Part shown: in pieces, positions 63,001 to 64,000 of the stretch | How positions within the stretch are numbered: the first letter of the stretch is position 1 | Layout of the letters: every line of letters starts with the position of its first letter | Source: Tubiluchus corallicola | Lineage: Eukaryota > Animalia > Priapulida | Length of the DNA: 64,000 bases | Direction of reading: 5' to 3' | NCBI GenBank assembly: GCA_030141605.1 | Contig: JAQGDQ010000149.1 | Span: 1 to 64,000 of the forward strand | Made by a program: the position numbers and the translations under genes | Notes under the pieces: model-generated | Database searches by the model: none | Told to the model about the DNA's origin: nothing | Seen by the model: the letters and a program-made list of their open reading frames with translations, nothing else

Positions 63001-63571
63001 AATAGAATTAAGAAAGGTACAATATGGACATGCATATGGTGTTACAAATCTTTTATTCAAAAAAAGAAAGCTAGTTGACACTCACAGTTGGTATGGAAAT
63101 ACTTTAGTTCTTCCTCTTTGGCTAATTTAACCCACACCAGAATAAGGAAAAGGAACAATGGCCAAACCAGCTCAACTACTAATCTAACCTACAAAAAAAC
63201 AAAGGAAAAATTTAGAAGTCATTCGCTACCTTACTTGAGTAAATAGATAATTGATACCTAACATGTTACATACATGAAAATCAGAAAATCAATCAGATGT
63301 GAGACCACATTATGTAGAGACATTTGATTTAATAGCATTTTGTTTTTGAATTTAAGGAAAATTAATTACTGTATTATGTATCAATAGGACAAAATGATAC
63401 AAACAAGAAAAACAATTTTTACAAACACATGCAGTGTCATTCTAGGGAAAACAGCTAATGACAAACTTCTACCCACAAGTCACAACTTGATAGACTTCTA
63501 CTTACTTTCTGTCTTTTTCTGTGTACAAAGTTTTTCCAAAGAAGCAGTCTAAGCTTATCCCAAAACCCCAT
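23992..63571 (-). CDS. ABCA1: Full-size ABCA-subfamily lipid transporter (ABCA1/ABCA4/ABCA7-like), 48 coding exons, 2411 aa
   Basis: N-terminus [20 protein letters not shown] with Kozak CCACCATGG. NBD1: [28 protein letters not shown]2: [26 protein letters not shown]-terminal VFVNFA. All exon phases are compatible. The symbol is approximate: this is likely a co-ortholog of vertebrate ABCA1/4/7. Confidence 0.95.
24435..24582 (-). CDS. ABCA1: ABCA exon 47 (VFVNFAQLQ...)
   Basis: VFVNFA motif, AG/GTAAG boundaries. Confidence 0.9.
25218..25355 (-). CDS. ABCA1: ABCA exon 46 ([11 protein letters not shown]...[10 protein letters not shown])
   Basis: R2-domain motif, 138 nt, phase 0-0. Confidence 0.92.
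25745..25920. repeat. Degenerate minisatellite (AAGTAAAAATTAAGCAGTAG-like)
   Basis: Several diverged copies in ABCA intron 45. Confidence 0.5.
25975..26080 (-). CDS. ABCA1: ABCA exon 45 ([11 protein letters not shown]...FPGAILK)
   Basis: 106 nt, phase 2-0. Confidence 0.92.
27030..27122 (-). CDS. ABCA1: ABCA exon 44 ([17 protein letters not shown]...)
   Basis: 93 nt, NBD2 C-terminal part. Confidence 0.95.
27371..27474 (-). CDS. ABCA1: ABCA exon 43 (DEPTTGMDP...ILTSHS)
   Basis: Walker B/D-loop/H-switch, 104 nt. Confidence 0.95.
28097..28231 (-). CDS. ABCA1: ABCA exon 42 ([10 protein letters not shown] signature)
   Basis: 135 nt, phase 0-0. Confidence 0.95.
28533..28674 (-). CDS. ABCA1: ABCA exon 41 ([10 protein letters not shown]-loop)
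   Basis: 142 nt, inside ORF 28473-28691. Confidence 0.95.
28924..29099 (-). CDS. ABCA1: ABCA exon 40 (NBD2 Walker [10 protein letters not shown])
   Basis: 176 nt, phase 0-2. Confidence 0.95.
29522..29645 (-). CDS. ABCA1: ABCA exon 39 ([12 protein letters not shown]...KELTK)
   Basis: 124 nt, phase 2-0. Confidence 0.92.
29821..30074 (-). CDS. ABCA1: ABCA exon 38 ([13 protein letters not shown]..., TMD2)
   Basis: 254 nt, inside ORF 29790-30089. Confidence 0.93.
30597..31519 (+). mobile_element. pogo/Tigger-like non-autonomous DNA transposon, copy 1
   Basis: 24-bp TIRs CAG(C/T)AGGCG(C/T)CGCTTAATAGACTC (22/24 match), TA on both flanks, transposase C-terminal remnant KQPTLKKF. Confidence 0.85.
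31786..31930 (-). CDS. ABCA1: ABCA exon 37 ([12 protein letters not shown]...)
   Basis: 145 nt, phase 2-0. Confidence 0.93.
32860..32975 (-). CDS. ABCA1: ABCA exon 36 (CNYMISC...LYG)
   Basis: 116 nt, phase 0-2. Confidence 0.92.
33423..33600 (-). CDS. ABCA1: ABCA exon 35 ([12 protein letters not shown]...KHLQFVSGV...WD)
   Basis: 178 nt, phase 2-0. Confidence 0.93.
33719..34666 (+). mobile_element. pogo/Tigger-like non-autonomous DNA transposon, copy 2
   Basis: Same TIR family and TA flanks as 30597-31519, with long shared internal segments. Remnant peptides [13 protein letters not shown] and [11 protein letters not shown]. Confidence 0.85.
35197..35366 (-). CDS. ABCA1: ABCA exon 34 (VWFNNKGW...NHPMNLT)
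   Basis: 170 nt, ECD2. Confidence 0.95.
36132..36306 (-). CDS. ABCA1: ABCA exon 33 (YGGFSLG...NNVM)
   Basis: 175 nt, phase 2-0. Confidence 0.9.
36520..36653 (-). CDS. ABCA1: ABCA exon 32 ([12 protein letters not shown]...)
   Basis: 134 nt, phase 0-2. Confidence 0.92.
37770..37911 (-). CDS. ABCA1: ABCA exon 31 ([15 protein letters not shown])
   Basis: 142 nt, phase 2-0. Confidence 0.9.
38133..38231 (-). CDS. ABCA1: ABCA exon 30 (PPGLGVRCM)
   Basis: 99 nt, phase 2-2. Confidence 0.9.
38661..38788 (-). CDS. ABCA1: ABCA exon 29 ([16 protein letters not shown]7)
   Basis: 128 nt, phase 0-2. Confidence 0.93.
38987..39135 (-). CDS. ABCA1: ABCA exon 28 ([20 protein letters not shown])
   Basis: 149 nt, phase 1-0. 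Confidence 0.92.
39940..39960 (-). CDS. ABCA1: Candidate 21-nt alternative microexon (AKQKHKK)
   Basis: ttctcaacAG|CTAAACAGAAGCATAAAAAAG|GTAAGT; phase 1-1 inside a phase-1 intron, no stop. Confidence 0.6.
40312..40425 (-). CDS. ABCA1: ABCA exon 27 ([14 protein letters not shown]...)
   Basis: 114 nt, phase 1-1, divergent linker. Confidence 0.8.
40879..40951 (-). CDS. ABCA1: ABCA exon 26 (VFLRVTGD...)
   Basis: 73 nt, phase 0-1; continues the TLEE-VFLxV motif. Confidence 0.88.
41207..41833 (-). CDS. ABCA1: ABCA exon 25 (R1 domain with S/T/A/P-rich insertion)
   Basis: 627 nt, phase 0-0; ends [13 protein letters not shown]...[12 protein letters not shown]. Confidence 0.88.
41880..42888. repeat. 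Diverged inverted repeat pair (~270-bp arms) enclosing a microsatellite
   Basis: 41880-42160 vs the reverse complement of 42620-42888 (e.g. AGCACATAGAAAAAACACAGAAG / CTTCTGTGTTTTTTCTATGTGCT). Confidence 0.75.
42160..42212. repeat. Compound (GCAC)n(CA)n microsatellite
   Basis: Read directly from the sequence. Confidence 0.9.
43269..43471 (-). CDS. ABCA1: ABCA exon 24 ([21 protein letters not shown])
   Basis: 203 nt, NBD1 H-switch. Confidence 0.95.
43745..43882 (-). CDS. ABCA1: ABCA exon 23 (GMQRKLS...[11 protein letters not shown])
   Basis: 138 nt, signature and Walker B. Confidence 0.95.
44104..44243 (-). CDS. ABCA1: ABCA exon 22 ([15 protein letters not shown]...NLSG)
   Basis: 140 nt, phase 2-1. 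Confidence 0.95.
44758..44889 (-). CDS. ABCA1: ABCA exon 21 ([12 protein letters not shown]...CPQHNVLF)
   Basis: 132 nt, phase 2-2. Confidence 0.95.
44989..45163 (-). CDS. ABCA1: ABCA exon 20 (NBD1 Walker [10 protein letters not shown])
   Basis: 175 nt, or 172 nt using the second AG of a tandem acceptor. Confidence 0.93.
46634..46777 (-). CDS. ABCA1: ABCA exon 19 ([17 protein letters not shown])
   Basis: 144 nt, phase 1-1. Confidence 0.9.
46995..47017. repeat. (TA)n microsatellite
   Basis: Read directly from the sequence. Confidence 0.85.
47033..47237 (-). CDS. ABCA1: ABCA exon 18 (VAFGFGC...GIQW...YIETVFP)
   Basis: 205 nt, phase 0-1. Confidence 0.94.
47782..47870 (-). CDS. ABCA1: ABCA exon 17 ([11 protein letters not shown])
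   Basis: 89 nt, phase 1-0. Confidence 0.92.
48105..48237 (-). CDS. ABCA1: ABCA exon 16 ([10 protein letters not shown])
   Basis: 133 nt, phase 0-1. Confidence 0.92.
48797..49019 (-). CDS. ABCA1: ABCA exon 15 ([18 protein letters not shown])
   Basis: 223 nt, phase 2-0. Confidence 0.95.
50158..50334 (-). CDS. ABCA1: ABCA exon 14 ([13 protein letters not shown])
   Basis: 177 nt, phase 2-2. Confidence 0.94.
51460..51659 (-). CDS. ABCA1: ABCA exon 13 (FWAGLVF...HVVFKIRMD)
   Basis: 200 nt, phase 0-2. Confidence 0.93.
51943..52128 (-). CDS. ABCA1: ABCA exon 12 (ECD1, DWRD)
   Basis: 186 nt, phase 0-0. Confidence 0.88.
52528..52647 (-). CDS. ABCA1: ABCA exon 11 (ANSTFELL...LWNWFN)
   Basis: 120 nt, phase 0-0. 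Confidence 0.9.
52725..52786. repeat. Near-perfect 62-bp palindrome
   Basis: 29-bp stem with no loop and a 4-A bulge. Confidence 0.85.
52918..53060 (-). CDS. ABCA1: ABCA exon 10 ([15 protein letters not shown]), GC donor
   Basis: 143 nt, phase 1-0; donor GAG|GCAAGT. Confidence 0.9.
53494..53578 (-). CDS. ABCA1: ABCA exon 9 (GDASSETY...YEYNPLI)
   Basis: 85 nt, phase 0-1; supplies the phase change needed between exons 8 and 10. Confidence 0.75.
54317..54454 (-). CDS. ABCA1: ABCA exon 8 (LEKLLCG)
   Basis: 138 nt, phase 0-0. Confidence 0.82.
55342..55495. repeat. Tandem duplication, 2 x 77 bp
   Basis: TGAGCACCGACGG...CATAAAACACTTTGTT starting at 55342 and 55419. Confidence 0.9.
55627..55719 (-). 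CDS. ABCA1: ABCA exon 7 ([10 protein letters not shown]...IAAE)
   Basis: 93 nt, phase 0-0, stop-free. Confidence 0.78.
56249..56455 (-). CDS. ABCA1: ABCA exon 6 (IFCD...ACDL)
   Basis: 207 nt, phase 0-0. Confidence 0.85.
56500..57750 (-). pseudogene. Possible heavily decayed transposase remnant (piggyBac-like?)
   Basis: Less AT-rich block with broken frames such as HIWFDNKF and [17 protein letters not shown]; boundaries approximate. Confidence 0.25.
58349..58488 (-). CDS. ABCA1: ABCA exon 5 (IENFLND...[10 protein letters not shown])
   Basis: 140 nt, phase 1-0. Confidence 0.85.
59737..59876 (-). CDS. ABCA1: ABCA exon 4 ([10 protein letters not shown]...)
   Basis: 140 nt, phase 2-1, stop-free. 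Confidence 0.82.
60453..60465 (+). promoter_or_regulatory. DR1-type nuclear receptor motif GGGTCA-A-AGGTCA
   Basis: Sequence match only; lies inside the mobile element. Confidence 0.25.
60510..61225. repeat. Tandem array of ~289-bp units built from two ~140-150-bp subunits
   Basis: CCTTTCA(T/G)TT(C/G)ATA recurs at ~60510, 60650, 60799, 60939 and 61087. Confidence 0.9.
61368..61380 (-). promoter_or_regulatory. Perfect DR1 motif AGGTCA-A-AGGTCA
   Basis: TGACCTTTGACCT on the + strand; sequence match only. Confidence 0.3.
61860..61998 (-). CDS. ABCA1: ABCA exon 3 ([21 protein letters not shown])
   Basis: 139 nt, phase 1-2. Confidence 0.94.
63086..63188 (-). CDS. ABCA1: ABCA exon 2 ([18 protein letters not shown]1)
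   Basis: 103 nt, phase 0-1. Confidence 0.94.
63506..63571 (-). CDS. ABCA1: ABCA first coding exon ([22 protein letters not shown])
   Basis: 66 coding nt, Kozak CCACCATGG, donor GTAAGT. A likely 5'UTR acceptor lies at 63649-63650. Confidence 0.95.
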
Positions 63572-64000
63572 GGTGGAGATTCAGTGATGAATGTCTTTGA
63601 CACTAGTTAGCGAATTCAGACGATCATCTAATCACTGACTTCACAAATCTAAATGGTAAATAGAAAATTTTAAAAACCATATAATAAAGTTAAGATAAGC
63701 AATAGAAATGCTACATTTTAATAATGCAATTATTACTTACAGTTAGTTTACCTTTTTGATGTAATGATGTGTTACGTAATATAAAATTCTAAACATTCAA
63801 TATATTAAACACATGCTACATAAAGGGTAGTTTTAGTAACATCATGTTTCTTGGATATATAAGCAAGCACCTATGGCTTTTCCAGCAAAAGTTTTAGGCT
63901 TGCAAGGAGACTGCACAAAAGCATGGAAGGAGACAAAAAAGAATATCTGACGTGATTTAGAACAAAATTCTTTGGCTGATTTTTCAGAATAACCGCAATT

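Overview
AT-rich eukaryotic (animal) genomic DNA with spliceosomal introns. An invertebrate deuterostome such as a tunicate is plausible, but that is inference only. (1) 23992-63571 (-): a complete full-size ABCA-subfamily lipid transporter (ABCA1/ABCA4/ABCA7-like). I traced 48 coding exons by hand with consistent splice phases (7236 nt, 2411 aa). It has one GC-AG intron, a candidate 21-nt frame-preserving microexon and a ~125-aa S/T/A/P-rich insertion after NBD1. (2) 6295-9280 (-): a two-coding-exon gene for a ~900-aa low-complexity, probably disordered protein that I do not recognise. (3) 1-5601: a near-perfect inverted duplication with arms of at least 2 kb and a ~1.55-kb spacer, running off the left edge of the window. 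(4) Several non-autonomous DNA transposons: two pogo/Tigger-like deletion derivatives, a Helentron/DINE-1-like element with an internal tandem array and two DR1 motifs, and a hAT-like MITE. There are also small hairpins and tandem repeats. I found no rRNA, tRNA, CRISPR or prokaryotic-type system. The best novelty candidates are the large inverted repeat downstream of the orphan gene (it may be an assembly artefact), the orphan protein, and the remodelled ABCA regulatory linker (insertion plus microexon). All coordinates were read by eye.
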